Part shown: one piece after another, positions 38,271 through 50,996 of the stretch
How the letters are laid out: every line of letters starts with the position of its first letter
Numbering within the stretch: the stretch's first letter is position 1
From: Octopus bimaculoides
Taxonomy: Eukaryota
Direction of reading: 5' to 3'
Assembly: GCF_001194135.2 (NCBI RefSeq)
Contig: NC_068981.1
Location: 121,482,200 to 121,546,199, forward strand
Length of the DNA stretch: 64,000 nt
Notes under the pieces: model-generated
What the model was told of the DNA's origin: nothing
What the model saw: the letters and a program-made list of their open reading frames with translations, nothing else
The model's database searches: none
Translations under genes and position numbers: made by a program

Positions 38271-39097
38271 TGAAGAAGGAATAAAAATAACCTTCAGAAT
38301 CCATCATTTTGAAAGGCTGTCTCAATGCGATGTTGTTACACCATGGAAGGTATCTTGATTTGATGCGTCTTACTATCCTACAAATTGCGGTGTTGGACCC
38401 AAACAGGAGCACAAAGTGTGGCAGCAGAGGAGTATACATGATTCATAACTTGGCTGCGACCAGGCACTTTTATAATGTAAGGGATCAGTTGACATTCTTA
38501 ACTGATTTATGGTAGGTTAACATTATACTCATCACAAGAGACATTTACTACGGCTGGTTCTAACTTTATCATATCCCCTTCCCTCTACTTATCTCTATTG
38601 ATGTTCTATCCTCATTTGTTTCTTCTTATGATCTAGAAGCTGTCCTTCCTACTTTTTTCTCACCTCGTATCTCTTTCTCCCTCCTCTCTCCCTTTAGCCT
38701 GTTATTTTTGCTCGCATAAACTACCTTTGCCAACATTCCCTTGATGAGGAACCTCGAACTTATTGTAATATATTCATGTGACGTGCAACTGGTTACATGC
38801 ACATGACTTTTCTCACGTGCAATCAGCAATTTATGATTATGATTATTTCGTAACTCCGGGCTTCCTGAAACCGCTGTCGAATAATGAAATTACGTATTTT
38901 CTTATTCATTATTTTTTGTATTGCTGTGCTCCATACAAATATATTCATATAAAACTTAACTCCATATTAGGATCAGGACAATTTGCATTGCTCTTAAAGC
39001 AACTCTTGCCGGAGCGGGTGTCGATCATTTTGATCTACGTGTTTTTTATTCTTAGCATACCCAGGTTTCATCTATTGTTAACATAGATATACACATA

Positions 39098-39136
<39 letters not shown>

Positions 39137-39241
39137 NNNNNNNNNNGTCATATTGCCAGTTTAGCCAATAAAAACACACGCACTGTATATTTGGTGTTAA
39201 TTTGCTTCAGCTTTATATTACATTAATCTTAATCTTATTTC

Positions 39242-39286
39242 GGCCAGAGTTCTTTCGTCAAACTTCTGTGACCTCATCAGTGGTCC
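39242..39286 (-). ncRNA. Minimal type I hammerhead motif
   Basis: Minus strand GGACCA-CTGATGA-G-GTCA-cagaagtt-TGAC-GAAA-GAACT-C-TGGCC. The extra nucleotide after A9 is a variant seen in PLE hammerheads. Confidence 0.65.
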
Positions 39287-39421
39287 TTTGTTTCCTTCTT
39301 TCTTATGTGTGTCTCACCTTGCTAACTATCAGCCATTTTGTATTTTGTATTCCTATTGTATGTGTCTACGCATTGTATGTGTCTACATATATATATATAC
39401 ATATATATATATATATGTATG

Positions 39422-39486
<65 letters not shown>

Positions 39487-40318
39487 ATATTCACACGCAC
39501 GAACGTAAACACACTCTCCTGTATGTCTGTATGCGTGTTTGTGTGCATGTGTATGGGTGCCGTGTGTGTATATGAAATGAAACTGTGACCGAGAAAATTA
39601 GAGAGGATTATAAGTGTACTAGTTAGAAGTTTATTGAAGTGCACTAGAGCCGTAAAAGATGCACAAAGTTGCAATGCATGCATAATTATAAAATATTGTG
39701 ACGTGAATCATATACTTGTATTGATACTTCTGAAAAATAATATCGAAATAAGGCTTGCGTATTTTCTTCACACTTAAACGAAAAGTATATGAAGCCATAA
39801 TTTAACTGCAGTTAGGGAAAAAAAATAGTGAAACATCAGCTACTAGAGTGAGACAATCTTTCCACACTAATTGTAGCGCAATTCATTTTATACTTCCTTA
39901 TCCAAAGGCAATACGTAAAGACAACAGTGTGTAACAACCGCATCTGTCTGGAATGCGCATGCACCGAAAGGAAACTTGGCGTTGAAAATTTAACTACTAA
40001 CGAGCAAAAATCACGTGAATTCGAACTTAAAATAATTGCCTTCCTCTTGGCACTAAAATTAAATGAAATGGATACACTGAAAATTGTGTTAGCTTTTGTC
40101 AAATCTATTCTTTTTTCTTCTTCTACTGGCCTATTAAAATATACTGTAGATGCGCAAGGTACAGGAACTTAGGAAACGTTACCTCTTAAATATATGAGCA
40201 ATATGACATTTTAAGTAAATTATATTAAAGTATTGTTGCCAGCTTAGCCAATAAAAACACACGCACTATATATTTGGTGTTCATTTGCTTCAGCTTTATT
40301 TTGTATTAATCGTATTTC

Positions 40319-40363
40319 GGTCAAAGATCTTTCCTCACACTTCTGTGACTTCATCAGTGGTCC
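40319..40363 (-). ncRNA. Minimal type I hammerhead motif, second copy
   Basis: Minus strand GGACCA-CTGATGA-A-GTCACA-gaag-TGTGAG-GAAA-GATCT-T-TGACC. Palindromic stem III AGATCT; C11.1 changed to G. Confidence 0.65.
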
Positions 40364-40536
40364 TTTGCTTTTTTCTTTCTTTTTCGCGTCTTTCCATACT
40401 AATGATAAGCCATTTTGTACTTATCCTCTCTTATTTTCTTGGTCACAGTTTCATGTTATATACATACTCTTGCACCCACACACATGCACACAAACACGCA
40501 CACACACACATACACAAACACATGCGCGTTCATATG

Positions 40537-40564
40537 TACGAGGGTGTGCTGATAAGTTCCTGGC
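40537..40564 (+). mobile_element. Solo mariner-type TIR fragment
   Basis: TACGAGGGTGTGCTGATAAGTTCCTGGC resembles mariner termini. It joins the inverted repeat copy through a shared TGGCC. Confidence 0.5.
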
Positions 40565-41078
40565 CGAAATACGATTAATATAAAATAAAGCTGAAGCAAG
40601 TGAACACCAAATATATAGTGCGTGTGTTTTTACTGACTAAACTAGCAATATGACCATCCTCAAATACAACAATATCTGTTTCAACACACGAATTCACATC
40701 AAGAATCTTGCAAAATGAATATATATATTAAAGTAATTTATATTGAAATATCAGCTGATAAATGCTTGAACTAATATCATATATCTTATAAGTAAACTTA
40801 TAAATTTAACATCGAACGCATCATACTATAAGTGTATGCTGACTGTTTGAGGGTGCGATGCCATGTATGTGATGTTCTCTAATGGTGATTTTATTATAGA
40901 ATATCATGATTTTGGATTCATCCGAATTCATGAAACGAAACATAACATTACCATGTTTTATTTTCTTTACATACATACACAAGCGCGCGCACGCACACAC
41001 ATACACACACATACACACAGACAGACACACAGACAGACACACAGACACACACACACACGCACACATACACACACACAT

Positions 41079-41109
<31 letters not shown>

Positions 41110-42329
41110 NNNNNNNNNNNNNNNNNNNNNNNNNNNNNNNNNNNNNNNNNNNNNNNNNNNNNNNNNNNNNNNNNNNNNNNNNNNNNNNNNNNNNNNNNNN
41201 NNNNNNNNNNNNNNNNNNNNNNNNNNNNNNNNNNNNNNNNNNNNNNNNNNNNNNNNNNNNNNNNNNNNNNNNNNNNNNNNNNNNNNNNNNNNNNNNNNNN
41301 NNNNNNNNNNNNNNNNNNNNNNNNNNNNNNNNNNNNNNNNNNNNNNNNNNNNNNNNNNNNNNNNNNNNNNNNNNNNNNNNNNNNNNNNNNNNNNNNNNNN
41401 NNNNNNNNNNNNNNNNNNNNNNNNNNNNNNNNNNNNNNNNNNNNNNNNNNNNNNNNNNNNNNNNNNNNNNNNNNNNNNNNNNNNNNNNNNNNNNNNNNNN
41501 NNNNNNNNNNNNNNNNNNNNNNNNNNNNNNNNNNNNNNNNNNNNNNNNNNNNNNNNNNNNNNNNNNNNNNNNNNNNNNNNNNNNNNNNNNNNNNNNNNNN
41601 NNNNNNNNNNNNNNNNNNNNNNNNNNNNNNNNNNNNNNNNNNNNNNNNNNNNNNNNNNNNNNNNNNNNNNNNNNNNNNNNNNNNNNNNNNNNNNNNNNNN
41701 NNNNNNNNNNNNNNNNNNNNNNNNNNNNNNNNNNNNNNNNNNNNNNNNNNNNNNNNNNNNNNNNNNNNNNNNNNNNNNNNNNNNNNNNNNNNNNNNNNNN
41801 NNNNNNNNNNNNNNNNNNNNNNNNNNNNNNNNNNNNNNNNNNNNNNNNNNNNNNNNNNNNNNNNNNNNNNNNNNNNNNNNNNNNNNNNNNNNNNNNNNNN
41901 NNNNNNNNNNNNNNNGAATATAAGTAATGGAGAAGAGAGAGGGGTGGAATGAAGAATTTAGGAATATAGTTCAGGTTGGTTGGACAGGTTAGTGCTCAGT
42001 AGTAGAAGACGTATACAGATGCATATATTAAACATGCATGTATATATTTATACAGATATATATCTCAAATCACATCTCAAACACGCACCAATCATCACAA
42101 TCGCAACTGACTACACACACTCGTCGATGAAATCCTAGAAGGTCTTACACCTAGGCAATATAGACCCCACATACATTCATTTAACACTAAGTCAAAAACG
42201 AAAAGCACTAAAATAGCTAATAACAATAGGTCTCGCCACTCACATACATTATCCAAAAATATAAATAGCAATTCTTTATCTAAAAACTTAGATAGCACTA
42301 CTCCCGACCTCCTAAAAGGAGTAACGGAC

Positions 42330-42530
42330 GCTCTATTCTGTGGTACACAACCCCATTCGCACTTAACGTTAAGAACTTAATTAAAAATCCTTCTTTAAAA
42401 TACTAGACACTAACTTCTCTCGGCAACATACATATCATTCTATCTTTAATCGATTTACCCTGAAACTATTTTATTCTACCCCACCCAAATTCGAATCTAT
42501 TGTAGCAGCCTCTAATAAAACAAAGCTTTC
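42330..42530 (+). mobile_element. Penelope-like element ORF fragment (RT to GIY-YIG linker)
   Basis: WYTTPFALNVKN...FSRQHTYHSIFNRFTLKLFYSTPPKFESIVAASNKTKL matches the PLE linker consensus WFNPPF..NV.TN...HFP..H....IFNRNT.K.SYS......I...HNK. Confidence 0.7.
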
Positions 42531-43192
42531 TCTTTACTATCAAAAGGTTTTGTTTTTATGTCCCCGTTCATTTTTCTAACGTCCTGTACCTGGATATGCA
42601 TCTATATATACATGTAGATGTATGTTTGTACATATATGTATGTATACATACATATGCTTATATATCATTTGTATTATTATATCATCGAACGCACGCGTCC
42701 ATTTGCAAGTAAGTTTCAACTTTATATTTCTGACGCGATTCTATCTTTCTATCTATCTGTCTATCTATACGTAGATGCATATGTGGGCACTGGACGTCAC
42801 AAAGCGTAAACAACAAAAAATACGAAGTACGAGTAATATTAACTTTTTTTGCGAATAACGAAAGAAACAAATAGAAAAAAACAAGCAACACAATGGACGA
42901 CCCTCCATCAGTTGTCGGCTGTTTTTCTAATTCGTATTTTAAGCAATTCATGACAAGATACGCCTTTGATAAAACAGTTGCTCTTGCAGAGCAAATTAAA
43001 TAAAATTTGGGATTTTGCGGAGGAACAAAATTGGTGCCAAAAATGGGACAGTGAAAATAAACAGGAAGGTCTGTTAAGCCTAAACGTATACACATATGCA
43101 TATGTGCCCACATATGCATATGTATATACGTATACATGTAAGTATGTACGTATTCGTATGCATATATGCATATATATATTATTTATATTATG

Positions 43193-43237
<45 letters not shown>

Positions 43238-43247
43238 NNNNNNNNNN

Positions 43248-43296
<49 letters not shown>

Positions 43297-43474
43297 TTTG
43301 TCAGTCTGTCTGTCTGACTGTATGTCTGTGTGTATTCTACTCATTGCTGTCTTGTAATGATGAATATATTACTTATATCGATCCATCTTATGTTTATCGA
43401 ATATTACTGATCTACAATATACGGCAACATGACAGATTTGTTAGGACTCCAATACAATTGTTACCTGCTTTTCT

Positions 43475-43622
43475 TCCGTACTTGCGTTCCTAGTTCAAAT
43501 TCCACCAAAGTAGCCTCCACTCTTCATACTTTCGGGGTCGATAAAATAAGCAGCAGTTGATCACTGAGACCGTTGTAATCGACTTACTTACTCACCCGAA
43601 ATTGGTGGCCTTGTATCAATAT
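43475..43622 (+). mobile_element. tRNA-derived SINE, family of 47993-48200
   Basis: B-box-like GTTCAAATTCC followed by TTTCGGGGTCGATAAAATAAG and CGAAATTGGTGGCCTTGT. Confidence 0.7.
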
Positions 43623-43748
43623 TGCTCTTCATATTGCATTTAAGGTAATGCTCACATTGCTTAAATAAATTGAAGTAGCATGAAACGTGCACTGCAATCA
43701 CCTTTGAAATCTGTGTTACTTATTTTTATATATATATATATATATATA

Positions 43749-43900
43749 TGACGGCTTCTTTCAGTTTCCGTTGAACAAATCTACTTACAAGAAGAATTTG
43801 GTCGTCCCGAGGCAATAGTAGAAGGCATTTGCCCAACGTGCCATGCAGTGAGACTGGAATTATATGGTTGGGACTCAAGCTTCTTACCACACAGTCACAT
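43749..43900 (-). mobile_element. tRNA-derived SINE, family of 28493-28649
   Basis: Reverse complement aligns with 28493-28649; 3' end abuts (TA)n. Confidence 0.75.
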
Positions 43901-46900
43901 ACATATATAAAGCCTATTCGGCCACGCTTAACACTATATTTGCATCTGTACATGCATCCGCTGACAACAATTATTCTGTAGACCTCGAGGGAATATCATT
44001 CCTTGTAAGGTTCCCCTTCACCCCACTGATGTTCTCAAAAGAATGCGTAAGAAAACAGTCGGTATATCTAAAACCAGTGTCGCTTCATGCGTTGCTGCTA
44101 GAAAGCAAATATCCCAACTATTATAAATCACATGCACACATCAATGCGGTCGTTCAATGCAGGTCGTCTGGCTAGTTGGGAAATATTTAATAATCATTAC
44201 TCGAACACTGGAGCGCTTTATAATTTGTCTTTGTTTCTAAATTGTCATTCCTCTTAAAGCAATCCAACACACTTGCTTTCTCGCCATTTCTCTTGACATT
44301 AAAAGTGTTCCTCCAGACATTTCCAAAGAAATGTTTCCTAGACGTTTTACTCACTGAAAGGTACTACTTACTCAGAATTTACTTAAAGGCAGAAATATAA
44401 ACTAAAGAACGTAATAAACTGTGAACTGGTTGAATATAAGCTTAAAATTTCAAACACTGTTCCTATCACTGTATAGAATCATAGCCATAATCATATATAT
44501 TCTTTTACCTAGATATCTAATACTAGTTTGTGTGCATGCACAAACATACACCGCATCCGCACACACCCTAAAACCTATTTAGACGCCTATAAACTTTGTC
44601 CAGATGACAAAGAATAGGGTGGCTTTAAGTTAAGGTAATTTTCTAGAATAATCAATGAAATGAGAACTAAGTTCAGTTTTGTAGAAATAACAGGCAAGAT
44701 TGTTTCAGTTCTCATTTTAAGGCCTTAAAAGTGAATGCCTTCTTAACACTGATTCGAAAAAAAAGGCAATTTCTAATGACACTGGCTAAACGCTTTTTAA
44801 TCATAGGGCTCATTTTGAACTTATCAACAAACTTCTTGTAAAAGACATTAGTTCAATACACTCCTACGTAGAACATTTCAACATTTAGAGATATCTCGGC
44901 TTAGTTTATCCATTATATTCGCCTATTCAAAGATGGCAGTGATATAAGAGAAATTTGAGCGCTATTACCAGGAGTTTGAGCTTATTTGTTGTGAGCAAGC
45001 TTGCCGAACCTGGTACTACTGTACCAAATTTGGTACTTTTCATGTGCGGTAATGCTTTTGGTACTACTTTGCAAAAATGTGTTACTTTTTTCAGATTTTT
45101 CGGGCTTTATGTAAAAAAAATATGTTTCGGTGTATGCAAGTAAATAATGTAACAATAAATACATTACATCACTATTGGACTAACTATTTTATATCAAAAT
45201 GTATTTTGCGACATTTCATAACGAGGCAGTTTACTGCTAATTGGTAGCTAGTCGGTATAGAACGTGTTCAATACGTGTATCGTACGTATCATCCAATATC
45301 GCTGACTTGCCGTCTCTAATGTTTTATACATAAGGGACATGTGCTTCCTTACTATCTCGTTAAGCTTTTACCAATTATGAGCCCTTTATAACCCCCATGG
45401 TGAGCAAGAAAACAAAAGATAAAGGGACTGATGAAATTGACTTCGGATTATTCCGACAAGTTATAAGATTGCTAACGAATATTCACTAACGTGTCGCTTT
45501 AGCAACGTTTCTGGCTCATGAGAAACATTAGTAACACCTTTCTTATTTAAAATCGTTCTATGAGTGTTTCACTTTCGGTAGATTCTTGACTCCGCCCGCG
45601 TTTTGTTTTGTTTTGCTTTGTTTATACGTTTGAAAATATCAAATGCTTCTCTATGTATTTTCTTCTAAAATGTTTGTTAAGTACCATCTAAAATTTCCTA
45701 TTATACAGGTGTCTGTCTACGCTAAATGTATGGTATTGTTGACGGCATCGATGGTGGTAAATGGATAAAAACATGTGAAGAAAAATGTGATGAAATTGGA
45801 TCGGTATTCAAATTCTACGTGTTTAAAAGAGTTTATCACATCGAGGCGGTTTTTCCACAAGTACGAACATACAAACATGGACACACACATAATGTAATAT
45901 AATGGACATCATTTTTTTATTATATATCTGTGAGTGTGTGTGTGGAGTGGATGCATGAGATATTCTGTTTATTATACAGCAGAAGTTCAGAAGGGAATAG
46001 TATCTATAATAAAGATACAAAAGATCTTATCACGTAGAAATGACACTGATGAAATATATAGTACGTACGAACTTATTTCTTATGTCTTGATGGACACGTG
46101 CTCTTGATCTTAAATACTGTAGAAAATTTTGTAAATGGCAATGGCAGTGATCCAATTTAACATTCTCACACATCCTAGCTTCTAGAAGGAGGAATCTGAA
46201 TTAATAAGATTCCTTAAGATTTAATTTTATTACCTTAAATATATATATCGCAACAAACCTGTCGTTTTTCCCACAAGGATTATTTCAACCTATACATAGC
46301 AAATATTGTTTTCATTATTCTCGGCGTACGTTCTCAAAGAAAACCGCTTTCAGTCTTCTTCACCTGGAGACGATTGCTTTGTCTATAAATATTTTAAAGA
46401 GTCACCCTCCGTTTTTGACTTTTGCCCATTTTTTTTTCTGTACTTTAAGAATTAATCTAAAAGTGGATTCATTTTCTGAAGCAAAATTGTTGTTGGACTC
46501 TGTCATCTATGCTATTGATAAATCTCAATAACGAATACACTGTTATTTCCTAAGCTACTCTTCTATGATTACTAAGAGTTTATTATAGATTATCTATTCA
46601 TTCATCTAGTTGTTATAGGTAACTGATAGACTATTATTCATAGAAGTGATTTACTTAGTATTTAAAGCGATGCAATATAGTAGAATATAGAATATTTCGA
46701 CAGACCTAATCTATCATGCTTTTCCTTGTATTCATTCATATATTTTTGGACTGATATATATTTCTCTTGCTTTAAATAGCGTGGCAAATATTATGCCCTC
46801 GTAAACAGTGAACTAATAAGAGTGTAAGGATAAATTTTAGTGACATACCCGTTGGCACTGTAGATGAAAATTTAAATGCGTTAATCTAGAATTGCAAGTA

Positions 46901-47009
46901 CCAATTCATTTGCATATATTGTTAAAGAAGAGGCGAAATTATACGTTTCAGTAGTACTAAAAATTGTCCAACTTGGTGCTTTACCAAATGGTTTTAACTG
47001 AGTTCAAAT

Positions 47010-47518
47010 CAGTGCTAAAAATTTAATTTTCATTCATGTCATGCGGGATCCAGTTATCGAGATTTTTCACCTTACCGATTTTCTTCAGAAGATCCGATAC
47101 TGTTGAAACGCTAACATCAAGAAATATGAGACATTTCTCTGACACTTTGTCGTGAGTTTTCAAATGTTTTCAAATGCTAATCACCAAAGGTGAATGGACG
47201 TCCTCTCTCTTCTTGAACTTCAAGTCTCTCATCCCCACTACGGAATCTCTCAAACCACCGTCGTACCATCCCATCACTAGTGGACCCTTCACTCCATGCT
47301 CATGATATTGGAGGCCGTTTGAGAAGCATTATGTCCAAGCTTAAATTCATGCTAAGAACGAAAATGCATTTCTTCATTTTTCTTCTTTGAAAGAAATAAA
47401 TAAAAATTTCGTAAGGAGTACACATCAATTATTAAGCATGTAAAATTTCTTCTAAAACACTACAAATATAACATCTTAAATTGAATTTGAAAAAACGTAT
47501 TTTCCGAACAATCTAATA
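47010..47518 (-). mobile_element. Mariner 5' half, degraded (not in the ORF track)
   Basis: TIR-like TATTAGATTGTTCGGAAA at 47518. Translation LGHNASQTASNI...VRRWFERFRSGD..ERGRP...SVSTVSDLLKKIGKVKNLDNWIPHDMNEN. Confidence 0.8.
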
Positions 47519-47747
47519 CATTTTTTTTTATATACTACTTGGTGTGTAATAGAATTAGGGTAATAGAATTAGTGTTCTTACAGCTGTTAAGAATTGTTTT
47601 TGTAAGTTATCTATGGAATGATAGGCGAACATTGGTGGACGTTGGGAAATACTTTGGTGGCAACAAACAAAAACAAAAAGAAAATTCTTAAAACTAAGCA
47701 GATTTGGTAAATAATTGATTTTTCCTTTTTTATATATATAGCATGAA

Positions 47748-47958
47748 TATTGATTCCAAAATTTGGTACAAGGATAGTCATTTCAGATGAGTGGGTAGGT
47801 CAACTCTATCGACTGCAGAGATCCAACTGGTAACATTTTGATCGACCCCGAAAAGATGAGAAGCTAAATCGACTCCGGCAGAATATGAAATCAGAATGTA
47901 AAGACGTATGAAATGCCGGCTCGTGCCGGCTCGTGCTGACGATACTGCCGGCTCGCCG
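47748..47958 (-). mobile_element. tRNA-derived SINE, head-to-head with the next copy
   Basis: Minus strand GCGGCGAGCCGGCAGTATCGTCAGCACG...TTTTCGGGGTCGAT...CCTTGTACCAAATTTTGGAATCAATAT, with an internal 10 bp duplication GCCGGCTCGT. Confidence 0.75.
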
Positions 47959-47992
47959 CTTTATTGAAGACAGCAGTATTAATTGTCTCCAC

Positions 47993-48200
47993 GGAGTCGA
48001 GCTAAGAGAATCATTGGCCCGCCGGGTAACGTGTTTAGCGGCATTTTCTCCGTCTTTGCGTTCTGAGTTGAAATTCCGCCGAGGTCGAAATTTGCCTTTC
48101 ATTCTTTGGGAGTCAATAAAATAAATATCAGTTGAGCAATGGGGTTACCTAACTCAATCCCCAAAATTTCTGGCCTTGTGCCAAAATTTGAAAGCAATAT
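47993..48200 (+). mobile_element. tRNA-derived SINE
   Basis: GAGCTAAGAGAATCATTGG (A-box-like), GTTCTGAGTTGAAATTCCGCCGAGGTCG (B-box-like), tail GGCCTTGTGCCAAAATTTGAAA. Confidence 0.8.
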
Positions 48201-48463
48201 TAATCGTCTGTAACGTAGGCGCAAGAACAGATATAAGTGGGAGGTGATTAGGTACGTAGATCGTACCCAGTACTTCATATATGACCACGAAATTATGAAA
48301 ACCAATGTACACCTAGGAGGGATTTGAATTCAGGACTTGAAGATGCCTTAATGATTCTGCCAATCAGTCTCCGAAATTTAACTCGAAGGAGTTATTTGTG
48401 AAGTGCTGTATTACTCTTGAAAAATACCTTAGGAATGGGAACCCAGTTTCGAAATTTCCCCAA

Positions 48464-48509
48464 GACAGCTGATGAAGGCTGGGGGGTATATCAGCCGAAA
48501 TGTTGTGTT
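48464..48509 (+). ncRNA. Minimal hammerhead motif, degenerate, in a PLE-like terminal repeat (~48410-48600)
   Basis: GACAG-CTGATGA-A-GGCTG-gggggtatat-CAGCC-GAAA-TG-TT-GTGTT. Perfect 5 bp stem II; 4 of 5 stem I pairs. C at 48468 and 48501 would restore a canonical GAAAC-GUU minimal ribozyme. Confidence 0.6.
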
Positions 48510-50610
48510 AACAACAAACAAGATGATGACAAATATCCTTCAAATATAAATAATGTAAATAATGTATATAATTCCTCATCTCTTAAATATAGAACTATAC
48601 AAAGACTTACCTGTATTACTCAATAGTTTCATGCAATGTTCTTCATAACACTGGGCAATCTCGTGTTAATATGGAGTGTGTAGTATCGTAATTTTTTTGG
48701 CTTTAACACTAAAGTAACACTTATTCTTTTGTTGTTTCTATTATTCTTTTATATCTTACATGTTGTGTAGAAACACACCGAAGTTGCAATGGTTGAAGAA
48801 TTGCTAATAAATGCTGAAAATATGAATTACCAAAATAGTTTCGCGGCACTTGGTGTTGACAGGGTTAAAACGAGGAAAGCAATTTTATTAATACATTCCT
48901 TAGATTCCTTGATCGTACATGTGTATTTGAACAACATACTTCATATCCAATCAGGAATGCTAAGACAATTATAATAGTTCTTGCCAATTTCCTTCTATCA
49001 GAAAAGGTTTTGAATGTGCTTAAAATAAAATTAGATTCTGCAAAACTATGCTAATAAGCAACGATCTCACACGAAAACGTGACTTCATCTTTTACGATTC
49101 CTTTTTTTTTAACTTCAGAGAATTAACCTGAGATGAATTCAAATATGCTACTGATTATAATGATCATGATGACGATAATGGTGGTGGAGATGATGAAAAT
49201 TAAGATGATGAGAATGATGTTGATGAGTAGGATGGTGTGGAGGATTATGGTAACGAGGTTGAACATATTATTATAATAATCATGATGAAAAATTGCGATT
49301 GTGCGAGGTATTTCATGTCGGCACAGTAGCTTTATTCCTACATAAGAGTTTGAATAGATACTTGACATCGAAATCATTCACATTCCGCTATAATCTTATA
49401 TTCTTAGAACAAGTACGATTATAGAGATTGGTTTAAATTTTATCGCTGACCTATATATTTCTGAAGAATTCATTACAGTAGTCAAATTGAGTATGGTGAG
49501 TCGGTATGTATATTGGTACTTATTAGCAACAACGAACGCAACGCTATGCATTTATCTTACGAAGAATTTTTTCATACATTAGAGTTAGTGTGCAATATGT
49601 AGCAGAGATGGTAGGAATAAAATTTGCTGGCAGACAATTGATGCTGCCTTTAAAAAATAATAAACTGAAGGTATCAAATTCGAAAATAAAAGAAATTGTT
49701 TTCCCAAACAGTGCACTTATTGAGCCAACATTGCGTTTATGTATATTCTACATCTTCAGCAGCTGTATTAAAAGAAAAGAATAGAATATATTGCCTGGGC
49801 GATACATGTTTTCCGACTATATAGTCATTTATTATTGCAAGTGTTATTCCAGTGATGTTTGAGTTATTTTCCTGCCTTCTAATGCTGGATAGTTTAAAAT
49901 ATACCAATTTAATGTAATACTAAAATAAAGATTTGCATACTCACATATACTTTAAAATGATTCTTCCTGCATTCTTACCATGTAATTTCAAAGCTTACTC
50001 AACTAATATGTACATTTTCTTTGCACGCCTTTTGAATAAAATTGAATATGCCTTACATAAATATTCCTAATCTTTGGTACTAGTTTCAAAATTGCTCTTA
50101 AAATAGTAGATACATTTTAAGGATATATTTGAAATCATTACCTAAAATTGGGTATCATGTACACTTTACATGAGAATAGCAAAATATTTCTTAGAAATTT
50201 CATCCAGTGTAATAGACTTTGTATGATAAATATAGGTACTTCAGTAACAGATATAAATACAATAAAATTATGTATTCCAGTAGATTTCTTTTCCTCTACG
50301 ACTAAGTCACTAAAAGATTTGGAAGAGTTTAAAATTCGATAGACATTGTTTTCCATTTTCTGACTTTGACACTTATTATCATGCACGAAAAGAGATCTTT
50401 TGTGTTTAGTTATGTTCAATTTATGTTACACATAATGGCCAGATATAGTCGTTGGAAAGTGCGATGAGGCTGAGGTTTGTCATCTATGCTGAGTTCGTTT
50501 TTTTTTTTTTTAATATAATGTGGAACTATTCATTTTGTGAAGTATAAATGTTCATACAATGGATACTGTCTGTTAGGAACTGATCAACACATTCAAAAAC
50601 TTAGAATACA

Positions 50611-50750
50611 GTTGATTCGAACCCGAAAGGATGGATGGTAAAGTCGGCAAAGTCGGTAAAGTCGAATAAATTTGAGCTCAGAACGTAAGGACGGACGAAA
50701 TGGCACTAAGCATTTTGACGGCCGCCTAACGATTCTGCCAGCTCACTACC
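50611..50750 (-). mobile_element. tRNA-derived SINE, family of 47993-48200, with an internal 9 bp triplication
   Basis: Minus strand GGTAGTGAGCTGGCAGAATCGTTAGGCGG...GTTCTGAGCTCAAATT...CTTTCGGGTTCG; AAAGTCGG(C/T) x3 at ~50640-50666. Confidence 0.8.

Positions 50751-50996
<246 letters not shown>

Larger units (their letters stand above)
39147..40710. mobile_element. Cluster of four pieces of one hammerhead-bearing (Penelope-like) terminal repeat in alternating orientation
   Basis: 39147-39350 and 40233-40465 are direct copies (HHR on minus). 39565-39630 and 40561-40710 are inverted partial copies. CA/TA microsatellites lie between the inverted partners. Confidence 0.8.

Noticed and set aside
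39927-40172. 81-aa ORF (and the 88-aa antisense ORF) between the hammerhead repeats as an element-encoded protein
   Set aside because: TGT start, no recognisable motif, and a length expected by chance.
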